A stretch of DNA of 64,000 nt from Mobula hypostoma. Taxonomy: Eukaryota. The notes under the pieces are model-generated. The model saw only the letters and a program-made list of their open reading frames with translations, was not told the DNA's origin and did no database searches. The stretch's first letter is position 1. Every line of letters begins with the position of its first letter. Made by a program: the position numbers and the translations under genes. The stretch is taken from the NCBI RefSeq assembly GCF_963921235.1, contig NC_086097.1, positions 194,558,001-194,622,000 of the forward strand, given 5' to 3'. Below are positions 38,531 to 52,477 of this stretch, piece after piece.

Positions 38531-41500
38531 ATTCTATGTTCTATTAGTGCAATCAGGATGGGTTTTGGAATGGTACCGAATGATTGAGAAGATGGAAGTG
38601 CAGGTAGGATAGGTTGATCAGGGAGCTGATAAGTGAGTTTGATGACTTCATAATATGGGGGAGGACGAGACTAGTGGTGGCTTGAAGGAGAGAGGGGTGA
38701 CAAAGAGACTCAGTTTTGTTGTGAGTCTGGAATTCTGATCAGGTACACAAGGATGATTAAAAACTGGAAGTAGGCAGTCAAAATTCAGCTTGGAGCTATT
38801 TGCAGTCATATAACACTGAAAAATAACTATTTTTAGATGTGGATCATTGATAACACAATACCATGTGGCAATATTATCCATCCTACAAGACAGGATCTTT
38901 TGTGTTTAATGTCGCAGTGAAGTGCATTTCTAAACAAGTTCCTGTGCAAAATCCTGTGCAAGAGTCTGTGGGATTTTTTTTTGTGTGAAATGAATAACGG
39001 ACAGACTCTGATCACTACTGATTGCAAATCCAAATCACATGCTTAATATGCATTTACTCATAGAGCTCTTGAGTGCCTGTATCCTTAAGGCAAGCCATCT
39101 CTATACTGAGGAACTCACAGCCTTATTTAGCAAACATGACGATTGCTATTGATTAAGAATTGCAATCCCTCATCCAGGTTGTAAAATATGACCTTTTGCA
39201 ACACATGTCAATCTTCAAAATGCACAGTTCCTCATGCATTTAACTAGATTTCCAAATTCTGTCCACCTTTCTTATTACAAATGACCTAACTCCTAAAGAC
39301 TTCCTTCAAATTGACAGCTCTGAAATTAGTTATCACAATGTGATGTTACACATAGCTCTAAAGCAATTCCTATCTTAGAGACGCTTTTACACCAAGCAGC
39401 ACTTTTCCCATTGCTGGTTGTTAGAATGATAATAATGCAATGTAATGACAACTCCAAAATTAAAACTGGAAAATAAAATTAAGGGAAAGGTCATTACAGA
39501 TGGTTTTAATAACAATAACTAGCAGATGACAATGTTTTACTACACCAGTGGTATTTTTCATTTTCTAATTCAAATAGAGTTTATTCTGAAATTTGGTTTA
39601 AGTATGTATATAATTTTGAAGCACAAATAGAAGTGGAAATCAAAAAATAGCAGCACATTTCTCAAACAAAAGACAGTAACTTATCCTTGTTCATTTAATA
39701 AATAATGATCAAAATTGATTAGGACCTGTGGAAAATAGATTTAACCACTAGGCTTTTGTAGCCCTACATTTCCAGTCCATGCCTGGCCCCAATCTCTCAT
39801 TCTATTCTCTGTAAATTTAAAGCCATTCAAAACATCCTTGCCTATCTTCCAATTCATTCCAAGTCATACTCACTCACTACCTCTCACCAATGTTGGGTCC
39901 TCGTTAAGCAATGTCTTGATTTTATAATCCTCATCCATTAATTTTATCATTCCCTATGTCTTTAACCTCATCCCTCCCTAACATTGATCAGGGTACTCTC
40001 AGTGAGTCTCCATTTTTGGAGTCTTGATGGTAATGTGCCTCCAACAGCCCAGGATTCCTCCCCTTCTGTTTTTCTGTTTTTCAAGTACTTCCTTAATGCA
40101 CTCTCTTGACTAACCTTTGTTCTATCTTATTATCTTACGTGTCTTGGTATCATGTTTTAATTGGCAGTTGTTGCTCTTTGGAATGTTTTATGATAGTTAT
40201 ACATCAAATCAATGGATTGTTGCTATTGTCAGTAGAACTGTAAATTTAGTAACTTATTAGGCCACGATATTGATCTGAAGTTTACTTTTTAGGTTTAGTT
40301 TACATCTTCCAGGCATTGATTGATAAAGCAACAGCTATTTTCTGCAATTTGAAGTGATTTTTCTCAGTTATCAAGATTAGTCATGAGTAAGTACTGAAGT
40401 CAGGCAGTTTTTTTGAATTGAAAATGACTAAACTGATCAATTTTAAGCTAGATTCAAATAAGTCAGGCAAGTGAAAATATGGTTGGCCCTTGCTTACTGT
40501 TGGGCATATTCACTGTAATTTGTTTCATTCCTCTTTGCCACTCATGAAGATTGTTTTTCATAATAATTTTAAGTGGCTGTTTAAGATGGTTATCATAATT
40601 TACAATTCTTCTTAATGTGGATTGATTTTCTTAACTAACCTGGGACATAAATCAATGGTCTCTGAGGCTTGTCATTTCTGAGTTTAAATAATTTAATAGC
40701 CTCCAACTCAACAATATATTAAATCTGTTTAGCTTTCGACCTTTTTCCGTTCAGTCTGAGGTTTGATGTCCTAAGGAAATGTTAATCTTGCAAATAACAT
40801 TTTGCATCTGAAAATGCAGAATATGGCCATGCTGTTAATTCTAGGAATATTCATGAATTACCAGTAAAATAAGAAATCAATCAAATTTCTGAGATAAGTG
40901 ATGATAGATGATGGCATATTTGAAAATAGATAGGCTTTGTTATCAGAGTAATTAGAATTAAACTCTTTCAGGTCAGTGTTTTTCATCAAATAAATATGAC
41001 ACGGTTAAGTTGCAAAGGCAGGTCTATTAATTCGCATTATAGGCAAATACTTTTGGAAAAGGGGTCACACGTTTAATCGTCATCTTAAACACTGTAGGTC
41101 TGTAATTCAGGATCTTCCTACTTTTTTTTTATCATCTGTGGTATTAGATGCAATCCAGCCTAGGGAGAAGTTAAGAAATTGCCCCTTTTTATATCATTCA
41201 AAATCTAGCTTAATCCCTACTGCAGTATTTCTCAATTTACTCGTGGTCCAGCTCTGTACCCCATGTCTCCTGTGACCCTCAGCCTAGGCGCATATCACAA
41301 AGACAGAGTCAGCAGGACTACAGAAATCTATGTTCGATATCTATCTACACTCAAGGCTGTATATCCATACTCCTGTACATTCCCAAAACTTTCCCACATT
41401 CCAAGCTGACACAATATTGCCTTAAAACTTCCATTTTATGTTGCACTTGCATATATACCAAAGAGGCTTCAAATACTAAGACTTTCCTCGTATCGGTCCC

Positions 41501-41769
41501 AGGCAATTTTAATCCTCAACTAACATTATTGAAAGGAGCAAACTTTTTCACAATGTCTTTATCACAAGTGCCAAGTGGTTGCCACAGTTTTCCTTTATTA
41601 GAATGCTAATTACAGTACAATACAAAAATACTCTATTACCTTTAAGGAATTTTGGGAAACTGGAACTGAAGTAGACTACTTAGTTGCTCAAACCATTTTG
41701 ACGTTCATTGAGGTTATGACTGAGATCTAGCCTGGTTTTAGGGCTGATGTGCACTGAACTGCTGATTTA

Positions 41770-43620
41770 CTAGAAGAACATAAAAATAGGAGAAAGTCAT
41801 TCATCCCTTCAAAGGTATTCTACCTTTCAGCAAGATCATGGCTGATGTATGATTTCAGATCCTTCATCCGCCGTGCCACTCTCCCCACTGACTATGCTTT
41901 CAATAAAGTCTCAAATGGGAAGTTAGTCAATGAGTCTAGAGCACATGAAATTGTGATAATATTGTAGTAGATAGAGAATTGATCATTGAACAGAGGGCAG
42001 AGTATGAATAAGTGGATCCTTCTCAGAATGGCAAGCTTTGACCATTGGTGTATTGCTGGAATCAGTGTTTGAAGCACAGCTCTTCTCAATCTTAGCCAAC
42101 AATCTGGATAAGGGATAAAATGCCATATTTCTAAGTTTACTGATGCTAAAATATAGGCAGATTTATGATTATGAAAGTGAATTATAAAGACTTAAGGAGA
42201 TTATGGATTAAATGAGTAAGATCATGACAGGTGGAATATGGGAAATGTGATGTTAGTACGTTGATGAATGTTACAGAAAAAAGAATTTTAAATGGTGAGT
42301 GATGGGGTAGTGTTGGTGTTCAATAGATCTGGATCAGATCGCAGAGAACAAATGTAGGTAATGTAGGTAATTATGAGGGCAAATACTATGCTGGGCTTGA
42401 TGACAAAAAGACTGTTTTCTTGGAATAATTGTAACTGATGGGGCCTTGGTGAGGCTATACCTATGGTGTTGCATGCATGTGGTATCTTCTAACTTAAGAT
42501 AAGATGTTCCTGTTCTAGAGGACATGCAGTGAAGGATAAATAGATTGGCTTCAGGGCAGTGGATTTTCAGTATGAAGAGATGAGAGAAACTAAGGCGGTT
42601 TCCTTCAAGAGTTTAGAAAAATAAGAGGAGATTTTAGCAAATCTAACAAAACTATTAACAGGCTTGTCTGGCTAGATGCAGAGGATGGTTTTTCTGAATG
42701 TGGAATACTCGTGCTAGGAGCACAGTTGCAGGATTAGTTGTAGGCCGATTAGCACCGAGATGAGATATTTATTCACTCAAAGGATGCAAAACCTCAGGAA
42801 TTCTCTGCACTGAAGGGCTATGAAGATTCAGTGCTTGCAGTCATTCAAAACAGAGATTGAAAGATGAATGTTAGGGAATCCAAGATAATGGGGATAGTGC
42901 TGGGAAGTCAGACTGAGGTGGAAGACCAGCCATGATCTTGCTGAATGGCAGAGCAAGCATTAGGTCTCTAGAGGCATGCATAATGTTCTGGATGTGTTCC
43001 AACCAGTTATTCTCTTGCATTCCAGTTCTTTACATATCAAACTCCATTACTCCATTAGCCTTCTTAATTATTAACTGTGCCTGTACATGACATTGTGATG
43101 ATTTACATACACAGACAGTCAAGTAGCAGCTTCCAGCTTTTTATGATTTAGAAACTAATCTGTCATAATCCTTCTAGGTAAAAAATATACGATATCATAA
43201 AATACGTTCATGACAAATTGAACCTTTTTGTCAATTTATTAGTACATTTATAAATGGAAATATCCATCTACATTGAACTTCATGCTCCCGGTTCTTGTGC
43301 CATTGGCAAACTTGGGATTACTAGTCCATTGTTCAAAATTTTTATAAATGTTTTTAGTAACTGTGATCTCAAGCACAAACTCATGGGAGACCTCACTGCC
43401 AAACCTTGCCAATTTGAATAATTGACCAGTATTCTTCACCTCCGGCTCCTGCAATTGACCAATATCTTAAATAGCTCAACTTATTCCCTTCAAATCCCAC
43501 TAGTTGGTAGTCTTTTTTGTAGAATATTATCAAATACATTCTGGAAGTATGTACAGATAACATGCCCCTGTCTGCTGCTTGATCATTTACTTAAGAGCCA
43601 TTAGGTTGTATCTATCCTAT
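41770..43620. mobile_element. Cluster of old CR1 fragments (-, +, -)
   Basis: Degenerate RT and 3' end similarity: 41770-41890(-), 41890-42970(+), 42975-43620(-). Confidence 0.65.
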
Positions 43621-43949
43621 GCAAGTGTACATTTTGATAAATTTAATCTTCAATCAAACTTAACTGTTTGTTTTTTTATCTTTAATTAAAGGCTTGAGTA
43701 CATAACAACAGTTGTATTAGCAGAGCACAATTTTCCCTTCTATTGCAATGGATTTGAACGGAGAGAATTTTGAAAGTTATGATTAGGATATGTGTGGTAT
43801 TTTTCACTTTCTTCCTGTTGAACTTTTAGATGGAAGCCTTAGAAATATTGGCTTTGTGAGATCAATATTTGCTAAACAATAATTGAGTTTTTGCATGCTG
43901 TTAAAGAAAACAATTCAGTCAAACAATTTGGATCATTGTTAGAGTATTG

Positions 43950-44110
43950 GAGTGGTATAGTGGCATAAACACCATCTCCAGTGCTGTCTGTGTGGAGTAT
44001 GTATGTTCTCCCTGGGATTGTGTGGGTTTCTCCCTCATTCTCAAGATGTGCAGGTTGGCAAGATGTTTGGCTACTGTCAATTGTCTCTGGGGCATAGATG
44101 AGTAGTAGAA
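43950..44110 (+). mobile_element. SINE V-domain remnant
   Basis: GCTGTCTGTGTGGAGTATGTATGTTCTCCC...GTGGGTTTCTCC. Confidence 0.55.
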
Positions 44111-45239
44111 GCTGATGATTGTACATATGAAAGTTGAAAGGAGAGGAAATCACTGAAATCCATTTTACCAGAAGCCAACGGACTAAATCTGGTGCAACAT
44201 AGAGTGTAAAAGAAAGCTTAGCAAGACTAGCACCCGACATCTTAAAAAAAATAAGTTGGAAGCCTAGTGAAACTACAACTCAGGATAGCCAGTAATGAAT
44301 CACCTATCTAGTGAGATCAGCAGCATGAGAAGAAATGGGAAAACTTCCGTAGTTTCTTCCACAGATATATGTACAAAGCAGAAAAACAAAAGAAGAAATA
44401 GGATGCATTTTGTTTTTTTGCCCAATAAAATACCCAGATTCTTGAGTTTGCAAGTGAAGAACAATAAATTCAAAAAATGTCCAATTCATTATCAAATGAA
44501 ACATGATATTTCGTTCTCCTTATGTTCACCTAATACTCTGTAGTTCACATGTGACTAATATAGAGATCGTTTACTCTGCTTCTCAGATTTCACTGCGAAC
44601 AAGTATTCTACGTTTTTGCTTTCCTTCTGTCTTATCCTAAATCAAGATAATGAATATTTGATCATTAAATTACAATGTATTTAGTGTAAGCTTCTGAAGA
44701 AGTTCCTTCTGTCTCTCTATTTTTTTGCTTAAAATATGGCTCTTTTATTTTTCATGTCAATAATTGTTTATCAATTTCCTTCAATCAAGTTTAGTTCCCA
44801 GTCGTCCAGTTAAATTTTGCTTCTCAGAGTTGCACAGTGCCATTTGGTGACATTTGCTGCATCACTATCTGTTTAATTGGGTCTGCACTCATGCTTACAA
44901 TTTTTAATCTAAAATAAATCTGAATAATTTCTATGTTTAATTAAAAAGGAGAGGTACAAGGGTACACAAAAGAACCATAGATACTTAACAATTGCAGACT
45001 ATCAAGACTGATCTTTGTCATAAGCATCCAATATCATAACAAGGAATGGAAAAATGTTTTAATTTTAAAATCTTGGCAGTTTTCAATGTTTCAGCCAATA
45101 CTTATCCAGATAACAATTGGCTGAAAGTATTATATCTTGTGACTATTAACAGGGATTCAACTCAGTAATTCAATTGTTGATTGAAATATGCCAAACAGTA
45201 GCAGAGAAGTGAGCTCTAACTTGATGCAAAAACAGAGAA

Positions 45240-46745
45240 GCAGAAATTGGAAGGGCCTTGGAAAAGATATTTAACTCATGCTTGGCGACTGGTGAGGTAC
45301 TGGAGGATTGGAGGATAGCTAATGCTGTTTTGCTGTTTACAAAAGGCTTGAACAAAAAAACAGGAAATTATAGGCTGGTGAGCCTGCCATCAGTGGTGGG
45401 AAAGTTATTGGAAGGTATTCTAAGGGCTGGATATATTAGTATTTGGATAGACAGGGACTGATTTGGGATAGTCGGCATGGCTTTGTGCCTAGTATGTCGT
45501 GACTAGCCAATTTTATAGAATTTTTTGAGGAAGTTACAAGGAAGGTTGATGAAGGCAAGGCAGCAGTTGTTGTCTACGTGGACTTCAGCAAGACATTTGA
45601 CAAGGTTCCACATAGGAGGTTGGTCAAGAAGTTTCAGAAGCTTGGCATTCAAGATGAGGTAGCAAATTGGATTAGCTATTGATGTTGTGGGAGAAGTCAG
45701 AGAGTAATAGTAGATGGTTGCTTCTCTGACTGGAAGCCTGTGGCTAGTGGAGTGTCCCAAGGATCAGTGCAGGGTCTATTGTTGTTTGTCATCTATATCA
45801 ATGACCTTGATGAAAATATAGTTAACTGGATCAGCAAATTTGCAGATGACACCAAAATTGGGGGTGTAGAAGACAGCGAGGAAGACTATCAAAGCTTATG
45901 ACGGGATCTAAACCAGCTGGAAAAATGGGCTGAAAAATAGCAGATGGAATTTAATGCAGACAAGTATGAGGTGTTATACTTTGGAAGGGCCAACGAGGGT
46001 AGGTCTCACACAGTGAACGGTAGGGGACAGAGGAGTGTGGTAGAACAAAGGGATCTGAGAAAACAGGTCCATAATTAATTGAAAGTTGCATCACAGGTAG
46101 ATAGGGTTGCAAAGAAAGCTTTTGGTACATTGGCCTCCGTAAAACAATGTAGTGAGTATTGTTTTGTGTTGAGGTTGTATAAGACATTGGTGAGGCTTGA
46201 TTTGGAGTATTATGTACGATTTTGGCTACCTAGCTCCAGGAAGGATGTAAATAAGATTGAAAGAGGACGAGAAAATTTATAAGGATGTGGCCAGGAATTG
46301 AGGGCCTGAGTTATAGGGGAAGGTTGCATAGGTGAGAACTTCATTCCCTGGAACGTAGGAGGATGAGGGGGGACCTTGTAGAGGGGGGATTATGAGGGGA
46401 ATAGCTAAGGCAAATGCAAACAGGCTTTTCCACTGACTCTGGGTGAGACTATAACTAGCGGTCATGGGTTAAGGGTGAAAGGTGAAATATTCAAGGGGAA
46501 CATAAAGGAAAACTTCTTCACTCAGTGGGTGGTGAGAGTGTGGAACATGCTGCCAGTGTAAGTGGTGGATGTGGTTTCAAATTCAATGTTTAAGAGAAAT
46601 TTGGATAGGTAAATGGATGGAAGGGGTATGGTGGACTATGGTCAGGGTGCAGTTTGATGGGACTAGGCAGTTTAAAAGGTTTGGCATGAACTAGATGGGC
46701 TGAAGGGCCCGTTTCTGTGTTGTAGTTTTCTATGACTCTATAACT
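45240..46745 (+). mobile_element. CR1 LINE 3' half
   Basis: EDWRIANAVLLF, NYRLVSL, KFADDTKIGG, and TATGACTC tail. Confidence 0.9.
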
Positions 46746-47059
46746 GTATGCTCTCCCCTCTAACACTTATGGCAGACAGAGCTTTACACATTTAATCATT
46801 GCTGCTACAAAAAGATCCCTTGTTTGTTGAGGTAATTTACAGCCTTATACTTTATCCTTTGTCTGGGTTAGCGTTAATACCTTTGGAGAAATAAGCCAGC
46901 TCACTGAAATTGTCTGATTTCTTTGAGCTTAAAAAGACCAAATGTTGTTATAAAAAGTAAAAAAATAAATTGGAAAAAAAGAGTTAAATTATTTTTTAAG
47001 ATTCAGTGAGAGATTTTATGATTCGGAAGAACACGCTTTTTTTTCATATTCTTTTTAAT

Positions 47060-48030
47060 TTTTTTACTACAAAAAAAACAGCACATCTACAAAAACCACG
47101 ACCTTAACAAAATCTAATTAAATATTGAGCAGCAAAAGGGAGAAAAATATAAAGGCAAAAGTAAACATACACAGCAGAGGTGCACTGCACCAAAAAACCT
47201 CAGTCCTCACCCCATGAGAAAGCCCAATACAGGGCCCCATATCCTTTCAAAGATGTCCCCTCTGTCCTCATTACATAGTCTCAGTCTCTCCAAATGTATA
47301 GTATTTGCCAGTTCTCTCAGCCACAGATCGTACGCAGGCACAGAGTCCATTTTCCATATTTGCAGGATTAACTTCTTAGCAATCACCATGCCAAACAATA
47401 TAGCCTTCATACTTATTGGCTGAAGATAGGGAGCTTGTAGCTCCAAGGATGTCTATAGGCGGGTCTGGTTCCCACCACTTTCCATAAGCCTCACAGAAAT
47501 AGTGGAAAATACTTTTCCAGTATGCATAAAGCTTACAACATGACCAGAATGAATGTGACAAGTTACTGTTCACAGGTTTACATCTATTACAAACTAGTGA
47601 AACATCAGGGTAGAAACTGTGCAACTTTTCTTTGGAATAATGAAGTCTATGTATTGTTTTAAACTGTATAAGTCTGTGTCTGACGTTGACTGAACAATCA
47701 TGTATACTCTTTAAACACTCATCCCAGACCTCCTCTGTCAGTTCTATACCCAATTCATCCACCCATGCCTGTTTAAGACCTGTAGTATTCACCCGAGCTA
47801 CACTGTGTAGGAGCTGATAAAAATAGGATACTGCACTATGAGTAACAGGATCAAATTTATTTATTGCCTCCAGGGACTCATGTTTGTCTAAAACTTCGAA
47901 GTTAGGTATATATTTCCTAACATAATCTCGAATTTGTAAATATCTAAAAAAAACTAGATGCAGGGATATTGTAAACTGCTTGTAACTGCGCAAATGAGGC
48001 AAAGTTTCCATTAATATATAGGTCACCTAC
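47060..48030 (-). mobile_element. L1/Tx1-clade LINE 3' fragment
   Basis: FFRYLQIRDY, HRLIQFKTIHRLHYS, CNRC...HSFWSC zinc motif, AKKLILQIWK, A-rich tail. Confidence 0.88.
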
Positions 48031-48404
48031 ACTACAGATGCCTCTCTGTTTCCTGGTAGAAAAAAAAGTATCATTCTGGTCAGGCAAAAAGGAATGATTT
48101 AATGGTGGTGGAAGGAGAATTAATTATAACTTTGGGATATGGAATTGAATAAGTACATGAATGGAAAATACTGAAGAGCCACAGAAAATGACAAGTGGCT
48201 GGGGTTAGCTTGCTGTAGTTTTAGCATAACTGGTACAATTATATTGGGCTGAGTGGTCTTTTTCTTTGCAGTACTATTCTATAATTTCATTAATACCATA
48301 ATTTTCTTGATAGATGATGAGTGGGTGCTCAGAACACTAAGACTAGCAGGTAAGAGCATTATTGCAAACTAAGATCTAGAGGCTGGAGTAGCCAGATGCA
48401 TTCT

Positions 48405-48978
48405 CAAGTGCGGGAGGAGAAGATGGCGGTGTGATGCAGCACGCGTAGCCTCTCCGGTGAAATGATATTGTATTTGTTAAATAGGAGCTGTGCACAATTC
48501 TGATTTGATGGAGACAGCCATGAGAGCACGGAGGAACATCTGGAGTAACTTCTGAAATGCCCACCTTGCTGCCACTGCTACTGTGCGATCGAGAATTTCC
48601 GGAGGGAAGGCCCCAAAATCTTCGGCTTTGCCTGCTGCTGGCGGCAGGGGCTGGGGTCGAAGCGTTTGGCAGAGATGGTGCTCGGTGCTCGGTGTTGGAG
48701 GGCTGGTCAGAGCTCGAAGTTTTCGGACCACACAGAGTTGGACTGTGGTTGGGTATGGCAGGGAGAGATTTTTGTCCTTCTCCCATCTGCGCTTCATCAA
48801 GTTATGGTATTGCTTGCACTGTTGTAACTATATGCTATAATCATGTGTTTTTTGTCAGTTTTTCAGTCTTGGTCTGTCCTGTGTTTCTGAGATATCACAG
48901 TGGAGGAATATTGTATCATTTCTTAATGCATACATTACTAAATGACAACAAAAGAGGACTGTGTGTCCTCATAATCTT
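48405..48978 (+). mobile_element. Non-coding retroposon with a Rex1-like tail
   Basis: GC-rich head AAGATGGCGG and 3' end AAATGACAACAAAAGAGGACTG...CATAATCT. Confidence 0.5.
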
Positions 48979-49399
48979 AAAAAAACGGTCTGCTGTGACA
49001 TGCAATAAAATCATGGTGGTGGTTGTATGCAAACTCCTTCTACATTACCATCACACCATTTCATGTTTCCCTTAGAATCCAAATATTTATTGGTCTCTTA
49101 GTAGTTGTACTTCCACAGCCATCAGAGATCAAGAGTTCCAATGATTCTCAGAATGCTGAGTGAAGATATTTTTTTCCTCCTTATTCCTTATCTTGAGAAT
49201 GTATCTCAACATTCTAGATTATTTATCCAGGGTGAACAGCTCCCAAAACTTCCTCTGTTAAGTTTTTTTTAGAAATTTGTCTCAGTGTGATAACCTCTTC
49301 TTTCTAAACCCCTGTAAGGAAAGATCTGCCCCCATCAAAACAAAAGTTCTATTGTTTTCAGGCTGAAGAAGAACAGTTGAAGACCCAATATTAGACCAA

Positions 49400-50960
49400 G
49401 ATACTATATGACATAGGGGCAGAATTAAACCATTCAGCCCATCAAGTTTGCTCCACAATTCCATCATGGCTGATTTATTATTCCTTTCAACCCCATTCTC
49501 TTGTCTTCTCCTCACAGACAGGACCCAGGCTTTAAAAATAGGGGACAAGCTCTCCTCTACAATCACTCTGAGCACCGGTGCCCCATAAGGCTGTGTACTC
49601 AGCCCTCTGCTGTACTCACTGTACACCCATGATTGTGTAGCCAAGTTTCCATCGAACTCAATATATAAGTTTGCTGATGACACAATAATTGTAGGCCGTA
49701 TCTCGGGTAATGATGAGTTTGATTACAGAGAGGAAATTAAGATCCTGGTGGCATGGTGCGAAGATAATAACCTATCCCTCAACGTCAGTAAGACAAAGGA
49801 ATTGGTTGTTGACTTCAGAAGGAGTGGCGGACTGCATGACCCAATTTACATCAGTGGTACGCAAGTGGAACAGGTCAAAAGCTTTAAGTTCTTTGGGGTC
49901 AATATCACAAATGACCTGCCTTGGTCCAACCAAGCAGAGTCCACTGCCAAGAAGGCCCATCAGCGCCTTTATTTCCTGAGGAAACTAAAGAAATTTGGCC
50001 TGTCCCCTAAAACCCTCACTAATTTTTATAGATGCACCATAGAAAGCATTCTTCTAGGGTGCCTCACAACCTCGTATGGAAGTTGTCCTGTCCAAGACTG
50101 GAAGAAGCTGCGGAAGATCATGAACATGGCGAAGCACATCACACAAACCAATCTTCCGTCTTTGGACTCATTTTACAGCGCACGCTGTCGGAGCAGTGCT
50201 GCCAGGATACGAACCACCCAGCCAACAGACTTTCCGTCCCTCTTCTCTCCGGGAGAAGGCTCAGGAGCTTGAAGATTCATACAGCTGGATTTGGGAACAG
50301 CTTCTTTCCAACTGTGATAAGACTGCTGAATGGATCCTGACCCGGATCTGGGCCGTACCCGCCAAATATCTGGAGGTGCATCTCGGTTTTTTTTTTGCAC
50401 TACCTTACTTTCCATTTTTCTATTTTCTATTTATGATTTATAATTTAAATTTTTTATCGATTTGTAATCCAGGGAGCAGAAAGCACAGAATCAAATATCA
50501 CTATGATGATTGTAAGTTCTAGTATCAATTGTTTGGCGACAATAAAGTATAAAGTATAACCTTTGACACCCTTACTAATCAAGAACATATCAACTTCTAC
50601 TTTAAATATACTCAATTCCTTGGCCTCCACATCTACCTGTGGCTATAAATTGCACAGTTTCACCACCCAATGGCTAAAGAAATTCCTCATCTCCTTTTTA
50701 AAGAGATGTCCTTCTATTCTAAGGCTCTGTTCTCTGGTCCTATACTTCCCCACTATAGGAAAAATACTCTGTACGTCCACTCTATCTACAACTTTTAATA
50801 TTTGACAGATTTCAATGAGATCCCCCTCATTCTCTAAGTTCCAGCGGGTACAAGTCCAGAGCCGTCAAACACTACGCTTATGTAACACCTTCTTTCCTAG
50901 GCTCATTCTTGTGAACCTCTTCTGGACTCTGTCCATGGTCGGGATATCCTTTCTCCGAAT
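49400..50960 (-). mobile_element. CR1 3' fragment split by a Rex1 insertion
   Basis: Pieces 49400-49511 and ~50555-50960 are collinear with 4690-5210. Confidence 0.8.
49512..50558 (+). mobile_element. Rex1/Babar LINE 3' fragment
   Basis: KFADDT, WCEDNNLSLNVSKTKELVVDFRR, FYRCTIESIL, and AATAAAGTATAAAGTATA tail. Confidence 0.92.
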
Positions 50961-50964
50961 ATAC

Positions 50965-51610
50965 GCTCACATCTCTTGCGATGAAGTGCTTTGAGAGGTT
51001 GGTCATGGCCAGTGTCTTTTTCTGTTTAAACAAAAATGGACTAGCTGCAATTTGCCAATTGCCACAATAGAACTACAGTGGATACTCTCTCACTGGCTCC
51101 CCACACAACCTTGGATCACCTGGCAAAAGGAATACTTGTGTCAGGCTGATGTTTATTGATTACAGCTCTGCCTTCAATGCTGTCATACCCTCAGTACTAA
51201 TCAAAAAGCTCCAACACCTGGACCTCTGTACCTTCCCCTTCTACTGGATCCTTCATTTCCTCATTAGAAGACCACAATCAGTGTGGAAGAGAAATAATAT
51301 CTCTTTGCTGACAATCAACACTGGTGCACCTCAAGGATGCATGCTTAGCCCTCTTCCCTACTCTCTCTACACCCACAACTGTGTGGCTAGGCACAGCTCA
51401 AACACTATCGTTGACACAACAACCGTTGGAAGAATTTCAGATGGTGATGAGGAGGCATATAGGAACAAGACAGATCAGCTGGTTGAGTGGTGTCACAACC
51501 ACAACCTTGCACTCAACATAAGTAAGACCAAGGAATTGAATGTGGACTTCAGGAAGGGGAAGTCAAGGGAACACACACTAGTCCTCATTGAGAGACCAGC
51601 AGCGGAAAGC
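50965..51610 (+). mobile_element. Rex1/Babar RT fragment
   Basis: [38 protein letters not shown]. Confidence 0.88.
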
Positions 51611-52477
51611 GTCAGAACTGCTGTACAACTCTAATACTCTAACTTTACCCTAATTCTATCACTGACATAGTAGGAACAATTTACAGTGGCTTGACTTACC
51701 AACCCACCCATGTGGGAAGAAGCCAGAGTACCCAGGTGAAATTCAAGTAGTAACAGTAGTAACAGACAGAATGTGCATGCTTGACATAAACAGGTAGAAT
51801 CTCTATTAACTGTACCACTGCTCCTCTGGTCATCCTCTGATTCTCACTTGGAGAAGTAGCATTTTGGAAATAAAGACAGAGGTTAAATAAAATACCTTTT
51901 CTTCCATATAAACTACCTTTAGGAAACTCAGTTTAAGATCTGCTCATAAAATTCATGTGATATTATCCCTGCAGCTAAGTCATTATTTCAATCAATAGCT
52001 GGCCTATAAATTGGACAGTGTTGCAGTAAATATGAATGTGTCTGTAGGTAATAGTCTAGCCATTGTGGAGATTTAAACCCCTAGTAGCTTGTATGTATTC
52101 TCAGTGGGTGGTAACTGCATTACACAGACTTTCTGGTCCCTGAAACATCACAGAAATTCATTTAACCTTCCAGCTACAAATTATATATGTCTCATTTGAA
52201 ATATAGTTTTTATTCAATTTTTGACCAAAACCTATCTATCATTTTACAAATTATTTGACATTTATTCCAGTTGAGGTCTTGCTTCACAGCTAAAAAGCAG
52301 GCATTCAGGTTGTTTAAGGATTTAAAATAGAATGGAGAGCATAAAACAAATTGAAGGTTTCATTTGACTTGATCTTTCGGTTGCTTGTTGTTCTTTGCCA
52401 TCTTACATCCATCATAGCAGTAAGAATGTCTGATTTGCTCACTGACCTCATTTCTTGAAAATCATACAGCTCAATTA

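Larger units (their letters stand above)
34700..38545 (+). mobile_element. Long CR1 LINE: ORF1 SGNH esterase C-terminus plus disrupted ORF2 (APE endonuclease and RT)
   Basis: VFSGLLPV...GFRFLDHW...DGLHLN (ORF1), CVYLNARNIRNK, FYRPP, MGDFNFPNIDW, SDH (APE) and RT motifs. Several stops and frameshifts. Confidence 0.95.

Noticed and set aside
39690..39740. Strong minus-strand acceptor CTATTTTCCACAG
   Set aside because: All three frames stop within about 35 nt, so there is no support for a coding exon.
48376..49075. Overlapping GC-rich ORFs as host genes
   Set aside because: They lie within a retroposon-like repeat and show no recognisable protein motifs.
52421..52467. Possible minus-strand micro-exon near 52.42-52.46 kb
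   Set aside because: AG/GT boundaries are present, but there is no recognisable peptide and no phase match to the other candidate exons.
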